From positions 166,079 to 230,078 of the forward strand of contig NZ_SDIC01000004.1 in assembly GCF_004116405.1 (NCBI RefSeq): 64,000 nucleotides of DNA. Reading direction: 5' to 3'. The notes beneath the pieces are model-generated. The model saw nothing but the letters and a program-made list of their open reading frames with translations. It was not told where the DNA came from and did no database searches. The DNA is from Halegenticoccus tardaugens (GTDB lineage Archaea; Halobacteriota; Halobacteria; Halobacteriales; Haloferacaceae). Below are positions 19,044 to 27,777 of the stretch, piece by piece (the stretch's first letter is position 1; every line of letters begins with the position of its first letter). The position numbers and the translations under genes are program-made.

Positions 19044-19882
19044 TGTGTCACCTCATCCGTTTTTACTATCGTTACGCCATCTAGGTCAAGATCAGGGTCT
19101 GAAAGCCCTGCGGTGATCGTCGAATCCGATTTCGAATCTTGAACGACGACCGCCTCTTTCCGATAATTACCGTTCTGGATGGCTAACTCTAGATCGTCTG
19201 GGACATCGGCTCCCTTTTCGAGTAGTTCTTTTTCGAACGCGTCCTCGATCCACCTGTCTGACATCTGCGTTGCCTTCGAACCGTCGTCTAGCGTCCGCTC
19301 TGAACTGAATTTGTTTTTGCCGATCGGTTCCGACGATCGGGTGAATTTGACTTCGACGATGACGTATTCGCCGGTCTGCGTGTCCTTGGCGATGAGATCG
19401 ATCCCGGGATCAGAACCGCGTTTGTCGGCGAAGACGACCTCCTGATTCTTCCGGTCTTTGATGAGCGCGGGCGCAATGTCTTCCTCGACGACGTCCCGCC
19501 CGATCTCGCTGCTGGACCGATCTTTGAGGTCGTCGGCCGAGTCGATCCGGTCGCTCCGCGAGACGTAGAATCCCTCACCGTCTTCCGGATAGTTAAATTC
19601 GAGGTCGACGCCGTCGCGCTCGCCACGGACGACGACTCCGCTCGCGGTTCGCGTCACTTCGGCAGCGCTATCGAGGTCGTTGAGGACGCCGCCGAGATCT
19701 TCTCCGGCCAGCGAACGAACGAGTTCGTCTTGTTGTCCGCTGAGTTCGGATAGCCGACGTCGATCGACATCGGACGCTCTCTGCAGCGCCGTGGTCTGCT
19801 GTGTCTCCGGCAGTTCGAGTAATCGACCGCTGAGACGCCGGTCCCGCGAAACCGGTCGTCCCCGTTCGAACTCCCGACGCAT
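19040..19882 (-). CDS. hypothetical protein with PD-(D/E)xK nuclease-like core (GIDLIAKD...EYVIVEVKF)
   Basis: 280 aa. The D-x(n)-E-x-K arrangement is in a beta-strand context. GC3 is about 60% compared with about 85-90% in neighbouring genes. The ATG is only 27-39 bp from the divergent aroB' start. An alternative GTG start lies at 19657. Confidence 0.45.
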   Translation of the reverse strand: MRREFERGRPVSRDRRLSGRLLELPETQQTTALQRASDVDRRRLSELSGQQDELVRSLAGEDLGGVLNDLDSAAEVTRTASGVVVRGERDGVDLEFNYPEDGEGFYVSRSDRIDSADDLKDRSSSEIGRDVVEEDIAPALIKDRKNQEVVFADKRGSDPGIDLIAKDTQTGEYVIVEVKFTRSSEPIGKNKFSSERTLDDGSKATQMSDRWIEDAFEKELLEKGADVPDDLELAIQNGNYRKEAVVVQDSKSDSTITAGLSDPDLDLDGVTIVKTDEVTQ

Positions 19883-19920
19883 CCGCCACGTTCAAGCCGT
19901 CCCCCCGAGTGCCACCGATA

Positions 19921-21144
19921 ATGACACGCAGCGTGTGGCTGAAGGCCGACGACGCGGTCGGCGACTGGGACGCGCGGAAAAAGCGGATCACCGCCGGGCT
20001 CGAAGCCGGCGTCGACTGGGTGCTCGTCGACGAAGAGGACGTGGCGCGCGTCCGCGAACTGGGCGACGTGAAGGTCGCCGCGTTCCTCGCGGGCACGGAC
20101 GCGCATGTCATCGACGCGGAGGAAGCGGACGAAAAAGAGGAGGGCGAGGCCGCGGACGCTTACGTCGTCGGCAAGGACGGCGAGGGCGACGGGACGATCG
20201 ACCTCCCCTCGGACTTCTCGGGGTCGGCCGACCTCACGACTCTCCGGCGCTACGACAACCGGGCGCAGGGATCGTACGTCCGCATCCGCGGCAAGGCGTA
20301 CGAGACGTTCGCCGAGGAGGCCGCCGTCGACGCCGAGTACACGATCGTGGTCGGCGAGGACTGGAAGATCATCCCGCTCGAGAACCTCATCGCCCGCATC
20401 GGCGAGGAGACCGACCTGATCGCGGGGGTGACGACCGCAGACGAGGCGCAGACGGCGTTCGAGACGCTCGAACTCGGCGCGGACGGCGTTCTGCTCGACA
20501 CCGACGACCCCGACGAGATCAGACGGACCGTCGGGGTCCGCGACGCGACGGAGCGGGAGAAACTCGACCTCCGCTGGGCCGAGGTGACGGCCGTCGAGCG
20601 AACGGGCATGGCCGACCGCGTCTGCGTCGACACCGGGTCGATCCTCGAACACAACGAGGGGATGCTCGTCGGGAGCCTGGGCCGCGGCCTCTTTTTCGTC
20701 CACGCGGAGACCGCGGAGTCGCCGTACGTCGCCTCCCGACCCTTCCGGGTGAACGCGGGCGCGGTCCACGCCTACGTCCGCACGCCCGGCGGCGGGACGA
20801 AGTACCTCTCGGAGCTGAAAAGCGGCGACGAGGTTCAGGTCGTCGACACCGAGGGGCGAACCCGCGAGGCGATTGTCGGTCGCGTGAAGATCGAAAAGCG
20901 GCCGATGTTCCGCGTCGAAGCCGAGGTCGACGGCGACGCCGGCGGGGCCGAACGCGCCGACGGGGACGGGTCGGGCGATCGGATCGAAACCCTGCTCCAG
21001 AACGCGGAGACGATCAAGGTCGCGACGAGCGACGGCCGAAAGGCGGTGACGGATCTCCAGGTGGGCGACGAACTCCTCGTCTACTACGAGGACACCGCCC
21101 GGCACTTCGGCGAGGCGGTCGAAGAGAGCATCATCGAAAAGTAA
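19921..21144 (+). CDS. 3-dehydroquinate synthase II (archaeal aroB')
   Basis: The segment SVWLKADD...WVLVDEEDV and the overall ~400 aa architecture match the DHQ synthase II family. An alternative ATG is at 19909. Confidence 0.8.
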   Translation: MTRSVWLKADDAVGDWDARKKRITAGLEAGVDWVLVDEEDVARVRELGDVKVAAFLAGTDAHVIDAEEADEKEEGEAADAYVVGKDGEGDGTIDLPSDFSGSADLTTLRRYDNRAQGSYVRIRGKAYETFAEEAAVDAEYTIVVGEDWKIIPLENLIARIGEETDLIAGVTTADEAQTAFETLELGADGVLLDTDDPDEIRRTVGVRDATEREKLDLRWAEVTAVERTGMADRVCVDTGSILEHNEGMLVGSLGRGLFFVHAETAESPYVASRPFRVNAGAVHAYVRTPGGGTKYLSELKSGDEVQVVDTEGRTREAIVGRVKIEKRPMFRVEAEVDGDAGGAERADGDGSGDRIETLLQNAETIKVATSDGRKAVTDLQVGDELLVYYEDTARHFGEAVEESIIEK

Positions 21145-21196
21145 GTCCGAGCGAGGCGGTCGAAAGCCGGGGCGATCCGGCGAATCGCCGGGTCGA

Positions 21197-21604
21197 TCAC
21201 TCGGCGGCGCGCGGTTCCTCCTCGGAGGGGGCGCGGTCGAGCCGCGCCGTACACCACTGACAGAAGTCCAGGTCCGGATCCACCTCGCGCCCGCAGTGGG
21301 GGCACGACTCGCCGTCCGACGAGCCGGCGTCGCCGCGGGGCGCGCCGTCCCTCGCGATCGTGTACGCGTCGAGCGCGCTGAGGAAGAAGGCGACGACGGT
21401 CGCGACCATCGCCTCCACGGGGAGATCCTCCGCGCCCTCGATCGTCGTCGGATCGGCGACGGCGGTCGTTATCGCCATCGCGGTGCCGATGATCACGAGA
21501 AACCACAGCGCGGCGCGTCGCCACCGCCGGAGATAGACGTGGCCGGCTCCCGCGACGAGAAGCGCCAGCGCGGCGGCCAGCCACGGACGATTGCGTCCCA
21601 TCAT
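21197..21604 (-). CDS. membrane protein with C-terminal zinc-ribbon (CPHCG...CQWC)
   Basis: Two predicted TM helices are followed by CxxC...CxxC. Confidence 0.45.
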   Translation of the reverse strand: MMGRNRPWLAAALALLVAGAGHVYLRRWRRAALWFLVIIGTAMAITTAVADPTTIEGAEDLPVEAMVATVVAFFLSALDAYTIARDGAPRGDAGSSDGESCPHCGREVDPDLDFCQWCTARLDRAPSEEEPRAAE

Positions 21605-21653
21605 CCCACCCTTGTCGGTGACGGCTACTGAACTTTCTGACTCGCCGGCACGG

Positions 21654-22352
21654 TCAGGAGAGCCTGTCGATCAGCGACGCGAGCGTCGCGAGGTCGTACT
21701 GCCCCGGCGCGGTCGCCCGCGCGGGCTCGACCGGCGCGTACCCGATCTTCGACCCGTAGATCGGCGCGACGGCCCGCGTGTGCCGCCCCGCCTCGCCCAT
21801 CGCCATCGTCGCCACGCGCTCGCCCGCCGCGGTCGCGTCGTGGGTCGCGGAGAGCAGCGCGAGCGCGTCCGCGCGGTCGGTCGCGGTGACCGCGAGTTTA
21901 CCGACGTCGCCCGCGGCGGCCGCCGCGGCGAGCGACTCGCGGAGTTCCCCTCCGGGCGGCGTCGACTCGAAGTCGTGGACGGAGACGATCACCGCCGCCC
22001 CGTGGTCTCGGGCGCGGTCGCACAGGTCGGCGGCGCGGTCCGGCCCCGAACCGACGTCGTCGGGAGCGGTCCCCCGGAGGCTCGCCAGTTCGACGTCGAT
22101 CGCCTCGACGGCGTCGAACGCGGCGGCGCGGGAGAGCGCGTCGAGCCGCCCCTCTCCGGCGGCCTCGCCGCCCTCCCAGACCGCGCGGTTCGTCGCGACG
22201 ATCGGCAGTTCGCCGTCGTAGGCCGCGAGCGCGTCGAGTGGGTCGGTCGCGAGGTCCATCCGAAACTCGACGGCGTCGGCTCGCCCGCGCGCGGCTGGCT
22301 CCTCCGCGAGGTCCCCCGTGCTCGCCGCGAGGACGAACGAGTCGAAGTCCAT
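21654..22352 (-). CDS. aroD: type I 3-dehydroquinate dehydratase
   Basis: AVEFRMDL...PIVATNR...VIVSVHDF; the TIM-barrel aroD signatures. Confidence 0.75.
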   Translation of the reverse strand: MDFDSFVLAASTGDLAEEPAARGRADAVEFRMDLATDPLDALAAYDGELPIVATNRAVWEGGEAAGEGRLDALSRAAAFDAVEAIDVELASLRGTAPDDVGSGPDRAADLCDRARDHGAAVIVSVHDFESTPPGGELRESLAAAAAAGDVGKLAVTATDRADALALLSATHDATAAGERVATMAMGEAGRHTRAVAPIYGSKIGYAPVEPARATAPGQYDLATLASLIDRLS

Positions 22353-22483
22353 GCGTGAGCCAACCGCCCCCGACGGGAAAACCGTTGCCCGTCGCGGCGG
22401 CGGGCGGTGGGGCGCGACGGGAGTCCCCGAGGAACCACGGCGCGGCGGTCGGCCGGCGCCGTCGTCCGCTCGTTTCCGTCCGT

Positions 22484-23551
22484 CTATCGGTTCGGACCGC
22501 TTCGATCCTCGACGGGGACGTGCTCCGCACGGTACCGGACCCGATCACCGCGACCCGTCGGCGCGTCCCGCTCGACCGAGTCGACCTCGTACAGCCGGAT
22601 GCGACGCTCCTGCTTCGTGACGACCGGGAAGTCGTAGTGGACCGCGTCGTAACGCGGACGCTCCTCGCGACCGTCGACGAACGTCCGGTGGCGGTCGAGC
22701 CGCGCCTCGGCCCGCTCCCGGGAGCCGGCGGGGAGCCCGTCGAGGCGCGCTTCGAACGCCGAAACGAGTTCCGCGTCGAGTTCGTATCCCACCGAGTTGC
22801 GCGCCGCGAGCGCCGCCGCGACCCCCGTCGTCCCGGTGCCCGCGAAGGGATCGAGCACGGTGTCGTCGTACAGCGAGTACATCCTGATCAGCCGCAGCGG
22901 GAGTTCGACCGGGAACGCGGCGGAGCGCTCGCGGACCGCCGGATCCGAAAGCTCCTGCGCTTCGCCGCCGATCTCCCAGAGGTCCGAGAACCACTCGTTG
23001 CGCTCCTCCCAGAAGAACGCGCTCTCGTAGCGAGCCGGGTCGCCGGCGGGAAACGAGCGGGCGTCCCCCTTCCGAAAGAGCAGGACGTACTCGTGTTCGA
23101 GCGTGACGTAGGCGCTCGGCGGGAGCATGCCCGAACCCATGAACTTCGTGAGCCGGTTGGTCGGCTTCCGCCAGAGCACGTCGGGGAGCGACCGGAGGCC
23201 GCGCTCGCGGAAGGCGTCGACGATCCGGGCGTGGTTCGGGAACTGACGGAACTCGCCGTCGACGGAGCGCGTGGCGTCGCCGACGTTGACGCAGGCGATC
23301 CCGCCGGGCGCGAGCGCCCGGACGACCTCGTCCCAGACCGCGTCCAACTGGGCGTGCATTCGCTCGAAGGCACCCTCGGCGTCCCCCTCCGCGAGCGCCG
23401 TCGCGACCGCCGAATCCCGCGAGGCGAACAGGTCGTCCCACATCTCGATCATCGGATACGGCGGCGACGTGACCACCAGATCGACGGAGCCGTCGGCGAC
23501 CGCGTCCATCTCGGCGGCGTCGCCGACTCGGAGGGCGTGCTGCGTCTGCAT
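22484..23551 (-). CDS. DNA methyltransferase, beta-class amino-MTase (N4-cytosine or N6-adenine), apparently orphan
   Basis: 355 aa. Motif IV DLVVTSPPY is N-terminal to motif I DPFAGTGTTGVAA. The start at MQTQ was verified by codon count. No endonuclease gene is adjacent. Confidence 0.85.
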   Translation of the reverse strand: MQTQHALRVGDAAEMDAVADGSVDLVVTSPPYPMIEMWDDLFASRDSAVATALAEGDAEGAFERMHAQLDAVWDEVVRALAPGGIACVNVGDATRSVDGEFRQFPNHARIVDAFRERGLRSLPDVLWRKPTNRLTKFMGSGMLPPSAYVTLEHEYVLLFRKGDARSFPAGDPARYESAFFWEERNEWFSDLWEIGGEAQELSDPAVRERSAAFPVELPLRLIRMYSLYDDTVLDPFAGTGTTGVAAALAARNSVGYELDAELVSAFEARLDGLPAGSRERAEARLDRHRTFVDGREERPRYDAVHYDFPVVTKQERRIRLYEVDSVERDAPTGRGDRVRYRAEHVPVEDRSGPNR

Positions 23552-23701
23552 CGTTCGCCTCTGGGTGCGCCCCCCATTAGTGTCTTTTGTCCAAAATTTC
23601 TCCCGCCGAACGAACTCGCGTCGGAGCGTCGGTCGCGTCGAACCGGTGCGTTCTTTCGCCGACGACGTGAGAATCGTCGTGTGATCGGGAGAGCGAACGG
23701 C

Positions 23702-25195
23702 GTGCGCGTCGACTGGCGGGCGAGCCTCAGCACCGTCGGCACGATCCAAAAGTGGAGCGCCGTGCTGCTCGTCCTCCCGCTTTTCGTCGCGGTCGTCGAC
23801 GGGGAGGACGTCGCTCCCTTCCTCGCCACCGCCGCCGTCGCGGTGTCTCTGGGCGTGTCGCTGGAGCGACTCGATCCCGAGCCGGATCTCGGCGGTCGCG
23901 AGGCGTTCCTGATGGTGTCGCTCACGTGGCTGTCGCTCGCGCTCGTCGGCGCGATCCCGTTCGTCCTCGCGGGCAACGGCACGCTCGCGAACCCGGTGAA
24001 CGCGCTGTTCGAGAGCATGAGCGGCGTGACGACCACCGGCGCCACCGTCGTGCTCGACTTCGACGCCCACTCCCGCGCGGCCATGCTGTGGCGCTCGCAG
24101 CTCCAGTGGCTCGGCGGGCTCTCCATCCTCGTGCTCGCCGTCGCCGTCCTCAGCACGCTCTCGTACGGCGGCGCACAGCTGATGGAGACCGAGACGCAGA
24201 CGAAGGATCTCCACAAGCTGACGCCGCGCATCGCCGAGACGGCCCGCCTCCTCGGGAAGCTGTACCTCGGGTTGACGCTCGCCGCGATCGCGTTCCTCTA
24301 CGGGCTTCGCGTGGTCGGCCTCGCGCCCGAGATGACGCTCTTCGACGCGGTCGCACACGCGTTCACGTCGGTCTCGACGAGCGGTTACTCGCCGCGCGCA
24401 GACAGCATCGCCGCCTTCTCGCCCGCCGTCCAGTGGGCCACGATCCCCCTGATGGCGGTCGGCGCGACGAACTTCGTCCTCCTGTACAACGTCACGCAGG
24501 GGCGGTGGCGGCGGCTGGTCGACAACGAGGAGTTCCGCTTTTACCTCGGGATCCTCGGCTTCTTCACCGTCGTCGTGGCGGGACTGCTCGTCGCCGACCC
24601 GAATCAGGAGGCGTTGACCGCGGAGGAGATCGTCCGCCACTCGCTGTTTCAGGTGACCTCGATCGTGACGACGACCGGGTACGCGAGCGCCGACTTCGAC
24701 GCGTGGTCGCCGGCGGCGAAGAACGTCCTCTTTCTCTGTATGTTCATCGGGGGGATGGCCGGGAGCACGACCTGCTCGATCAAGGCGCTGCGCTGGCTCG
24801 TCGCGCTCAAGGCGTTCCGCCGGATGCTCTTTACCACCGTTCACCCGCAGGCGATCCGGCCGCTCCGGCTGAGCGGCGAGGTCGTCGACGAGGACTCGAT
24901 CCACCAGATCTACGCGTACACCCTCCTCAGCGTCGTCATCTTCTTTCTCGCGACGATATTCGTCGTCGCCGACGGCGCTCGCGCCGGATTGGGGCTCACG
25001 GAGTTCGAGGCGATGAGCGCCGCCGCGGCGACGTTTCTCAACATCGGGCCGGCGTTCGGCGTCGCCGGGCCGTTCGCCAGCTTCACCGACTTCCCCGCGA
25101 GCACGAAGCTCGTCATGACGCTCCTGATGTGGATCGGCCGCATCGAGATCATCCCGGTGCTAGTGCTCTTCACGCGGGCGTACTGGTGGAGTTGA
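23702..25195 (+). CDS. trkH: TrkH family potassium uptake protein
   Basis: It is polytopic, with repeated selectivity-like loops (MSGVTTTGATV, TSVSTSGYS, TTTGYAS). It has a GTG start (RVDWRASL). Confidence 0.85.
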   Translation: MRVDWRASLSTVGTIQKWSAVLLVLPLFVAVVDGEDVAPFLATAAVAVSLGVSLERLDPEPDLGGREAFLMVSLTWLSLALVGAIPFVLAGNGTLANPVNALFESMSGVTTTGATVVLDFDAHSRAAMLWRSQLQWLGGLSILVLAVAVLSTLSYGGAQLMETETQTKDLHKLTPRIAETARLLGKLYLGLTLAAIAFLYGLRVVGLAPEMTLFDAVAHAFTSVSTSGYSPRADSIAAFSPAVQWATIPLMAVGATNFVLLYNVTQGRWRRLVDNEEFRFYLGILGFFTVVVAGLLVADPNQEALTAEEIVRHSLFQVTSIVTTTGYASADFDAWSPAAKNVLFLCMFIGGMAGSTTCSIKALRWLVALKAFRRMLFTTVHPQAIRPLRLSGEVVDEDSIHQIYAYTLLSVVIFFLATIFVVADGARAGLGLTEFEAMSAAAATFLNIGPAFGVAGPFASFTDFPASTKLVMTLLMWIGRIEIIPVLVLFTRAYWWS

Positions 25196-25221
25196 AGAAA
25201 AAGACTCGCCTCCGCGGGTCG

Positions 25222-26181
25222 TTACGCGACGCCGAGGCCCTCTTCGGCTTCGAGGAGTTCGTGGTACCGGTTGCGGATGGTGACCTCGCTGATGTCCGCG
25301 ACCTCGCTGACGGCGGCCTGCGTCGTCTTCTCGTTGGTGAGGAGGGCCGCGGCGTAGACGGCGGCCGCGGCGAGCCCGACCGGGCTCTTCCCGCTGTGGA
25401 CGCCCTTCTGTTTCGCGTTGCGGAGGAGCTGGCGCGCGCGGTGTTCCGCCTCGTCGGAGAGGCCGAGCGAGGAGGCAAAGCGGGGGACGTACTGCTCGGG
25501 GTCCGCGGGCTGTACTTCGAGCGAGAGCTCGCGGACGACGTAGCGATAGGTCCGGGCGACCTCGCTCTTTTCGACGCGTGAGACGTCAGTGATCTCGTCG
25601 AGGCTGCGCGGGACGCCGGCCATCCGCGCCGCGGCGTACACGCAGGCGGTCGCGACGCCCTCGATCGAGCGCCCCGGCAGGAGCCCGTCGTTGAGCGCGC
25701 GGCGGTAGATGACGCTTGCGGTCTCGCGGACGTTCTCGGGCAGCCCGAGCGCGCTCGCCATCCGGTCGATCTCCCCCAGCGCCTGCTTCAAGTTCCGCTC
25801 CTTCGAGTCGCGCGTGCGGAACCGCTCGTTCCACTTGCGGAGTCGCTGCATCTTCTGGCGCTGGCGCGAGCCGAGGGAGTTGCCGTAGGCGTCCTTGTTC
25901 CGCCAGTCGATGTTCGTCGACAGGCCCTTGTCGTGCATCGTGTTCGTCGTCGGCGCGCCCACGCGGGACTTCTGGTCCTTTTCGCTCGCGTTGAACGCTC
26001 GCCACTCTGGGCCGCGGTCGACCGAGTCCTCCTCGACGACGAGCCCGCAGTCGGCGCAGACCGTCTCGCCGCGCCCCTCGTCGGCGATGACGTGACCGCC
26101 GCATTCGGGACAGCGCAGCGCCTCGCTGGGGCCGGACTCTCGCTCCGTCGGTCGGGTTCGTGTGTGCGTCTTTTCACTCAT
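25222..26181 (-). CDS. tfb: transcription initiation factor IIB
   Basis: N-terminal Zn-ribbon CPECGG...CADCG and two cyclin-like repeats. The start was verified at MSEKTHT. Confidence 0.95.
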   Translation of the reverse strand: MSEKTHTRTRPTERESGPSEALRCPECGGHVIADEGRGETVCADCGLVVEEDSVDRGPEWRAFNASEKDQKSRVGAPTTNTMHDKGLSTNIDWRNKDAYGNSLGSRQRQKMQRLRKWNERFRTRDSKERNLKQALGEIDRMASALGLPENVRETASVIYRRALNDGLLPGRSIEGVATACVYAAARMAGVPRSLDEITDVSRVEKSEVARTYRYVVRELSLEVQPADPEQYVPRFASSLGLSDEAEHRARQLLRNAKQKGVHSGKSPVGLAAAAVYAAALLTNEKTTQAAVSEVADISEVTIRNRYHELLEAEEGLGVA

Positions 26182-26397
26182 AGATGGGACGGCGGTGCTG
26201 CCGGGGGCGAAAAAGCCTGAAAAACCCGGAAGCGGTCCTTGGACGGAAGACGGGCGAAAGGTATTTAAATCGTTTGGTGTCTTGCGCGAGTTCCGTCGAA
26301 TCGAGCGTCGAAACGTCGGAATTTGATTTGAGATGGTAGAAATTAAATATACGACAGGTCGGGGAGGGTATTTGCGTGTGCAGGTCCGTCGGGGAAC

Positions 26398-27165
26398 ATG
26401 GACGGCAGTTCCCGGATCGCGTCGTTGGCACCGAGCGCGACCGCAACGCTGGTCGCGATGGGCGCGGCGGACGCGCTGGTCGGCGTGACGGCCCACTGCG
26501 GGGCGGATCGCCCGGTCGTCGGCGGGTGGCTGAACCCCGAGTACGACCGCCTGGCGGCCCTCGAACCCGACGTCGTCTGCACCTGCGACGCCCTGCAGGC
26601 GGAGATCCGAGACGAGTTGCGGGCGCGGGGCTACCGGGTCCACCACGCCGAACCGACGACGCTCGACGAGGCGATCGACTCGTTCGCGGCGCTGGGTCGC
26701 GCGGTCGGACGGGCCGAAGCGGGCGAACGACTGGCCGACGAGTCGCGCGAGCGGCTCGACCGCATCGCGTCGCGCGTCGCCGGTCGCCCGCGACCGACCG
26801 TCTACTGCGAGGAGTGGTCAGACCCGCCGATGGCCGCCGGCAACTGGGTGCCGGACGCCGTCGCCGCCGCCGGCGGCGCGTACCCGTTCGTCGAGGCCGG
26901 CGAGCGATCCCGGGAAGTGTCCGCCGGGGAGGTCGAAGCCGCGGCCCCGGCGTACGTCGTCCTCCACGTCTGCGGCCGCGGCGACCGCGTCGACCCCGAA
27001 ACGGTCCGAGAGCGGGGGTGGGACCTCGACGCCGAGGTGCGCGTCTTCGACGATTCCCTCCTGAACCAGCCGAGCCCGCGGCTCGTCGACGGCGTCGCCG
27101 CGCTCGCCGAACTGCTGCACGGCGGCGCGGCGCGCGAGGGCGGGACCGATCCGACAGAGCGATAG
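26398..27165 (+). CDS. ABC-transporter-type periplasmic binding protein homologue (BtuF/FecB class III), no signal peptide
   Basis: RIASLAPSATATLVAMGAADALVGVT resembles the BtuF mature N-terminus. No hydrophobic leader is present, and an in-frame stop lies 54 nt upstream. Confidence 0.6.
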   Translation: MDGSSRIASLAPSATATLVAMGAADALVGVTAHCGADRPVVGGWLNPEYDRLAALEPDVVCTCDALQAEIRDELRARGYRVHHAEPTTLDEAIDSFAALGRAVGRAEAGERLADESRERLDRIASRVAGRPRPTVYCEEWSDPPMAAGNWVPDAVAAAGGAYPFVEAGERSREVSAGEVEAAAPAYVVLHVCGRGDRVDPETVRERGWDLDAEVRVFDDSLLNQPSPRLVDGVAALAELLHGGAAREGGTDPTER

Positions 27166-27188
27166 TCCTCCGCCGGGGATCGGCCGGT

Positions 27189-27767
27189 ATGCGAGTCGGC
27201 GTCGGCAGCGGCAACCCGGTGAAGCGGCGCGCGGTCGAGTCGGTCCTCGGCGAGGCGACCGTCGAGGCCGTCCCGGTCGAGTCGGGCGTGAGCGAGCAGC
27301 CGTTCGGTCACGCCGAGACGGTCGCCGGCGCGGAGAACCGTGCCCGGCGCGTCCTCGGCGCGGGCGCGTACGACTACGGCGTCGGGGTCGAGGGCGGCGT
27401 CGCCGCGTTTCCGCGCGAACCGGCGGCCGATCGGCCCGCGTCCGACGCCGCGGCCGGACTCGGGAGCGCGGTCGGCTTCGACGCCCCCGACGGCCTCTTT
27501 CTCGTCATGTGGGCCGCCGTCACCGACGGCGAACGCGTCGGTCTCGGGGCGGGACCGAGCCTCGAACTCCCCGCGCCGATCGCCGACCGGGTCCGCGAGG
27601 GCGAGGAACTGGGCCCGGTGATGGACGACGCGCTCGGGACGACCGACGTGGCGAAAAAACGGGGCGCGGCGGGCGCGCTCACCGGCGGGCGGATCGACAG
27701 GGAGTCGGCGCTCGCCGCGGCCGTCGCCGGCGCGTTCGGGCCGTTCGCGACCGATCTGTACGACTGA
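27189..27767 (+). CDS. inosine/xanthosine triphosphatase (YjjX/DUF84 family)
   Basis: MRVGVGSGNPVK...SGVSEQPFGHAET is the family signature. Confidence 0.75.
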   Translation: MRVGVGSGNPVKRRAVESVLGEATVEAVPVESGVSEQPFGHAETVAGAENRARRVLGAGAYDYGVGVEGGVAAFPREPAADRPASDAAAGLGSAVGFDAPDGLFLVMWAAVTDGERVGLGAGPSLELPAPIADRVREGEELGPVMDDALGTTDVAKKRGAAGALTGGRIDRESALAAAVAGAFGPFATDLYD

Positions 27768-27777
27768 GGGCGGGTCC

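Noticed and set aside
22238-23701. N-terminal 490 codons of the 985-aa ORF upstream of trkH
   Set aside because: Arg/Pro-rich junk antisense to the DNA methyltransferase. The TrkH homology starts at RVDWRASL, so GTG 23702 was chosen.
23552-24904. Upstream 450 codons of the 806-aa minus-strand ORF containing the methyltransferase
   Set aside because: Antisense to trkH and low complexity. Methyltransferase motifs begin only at MQTQ (23551).
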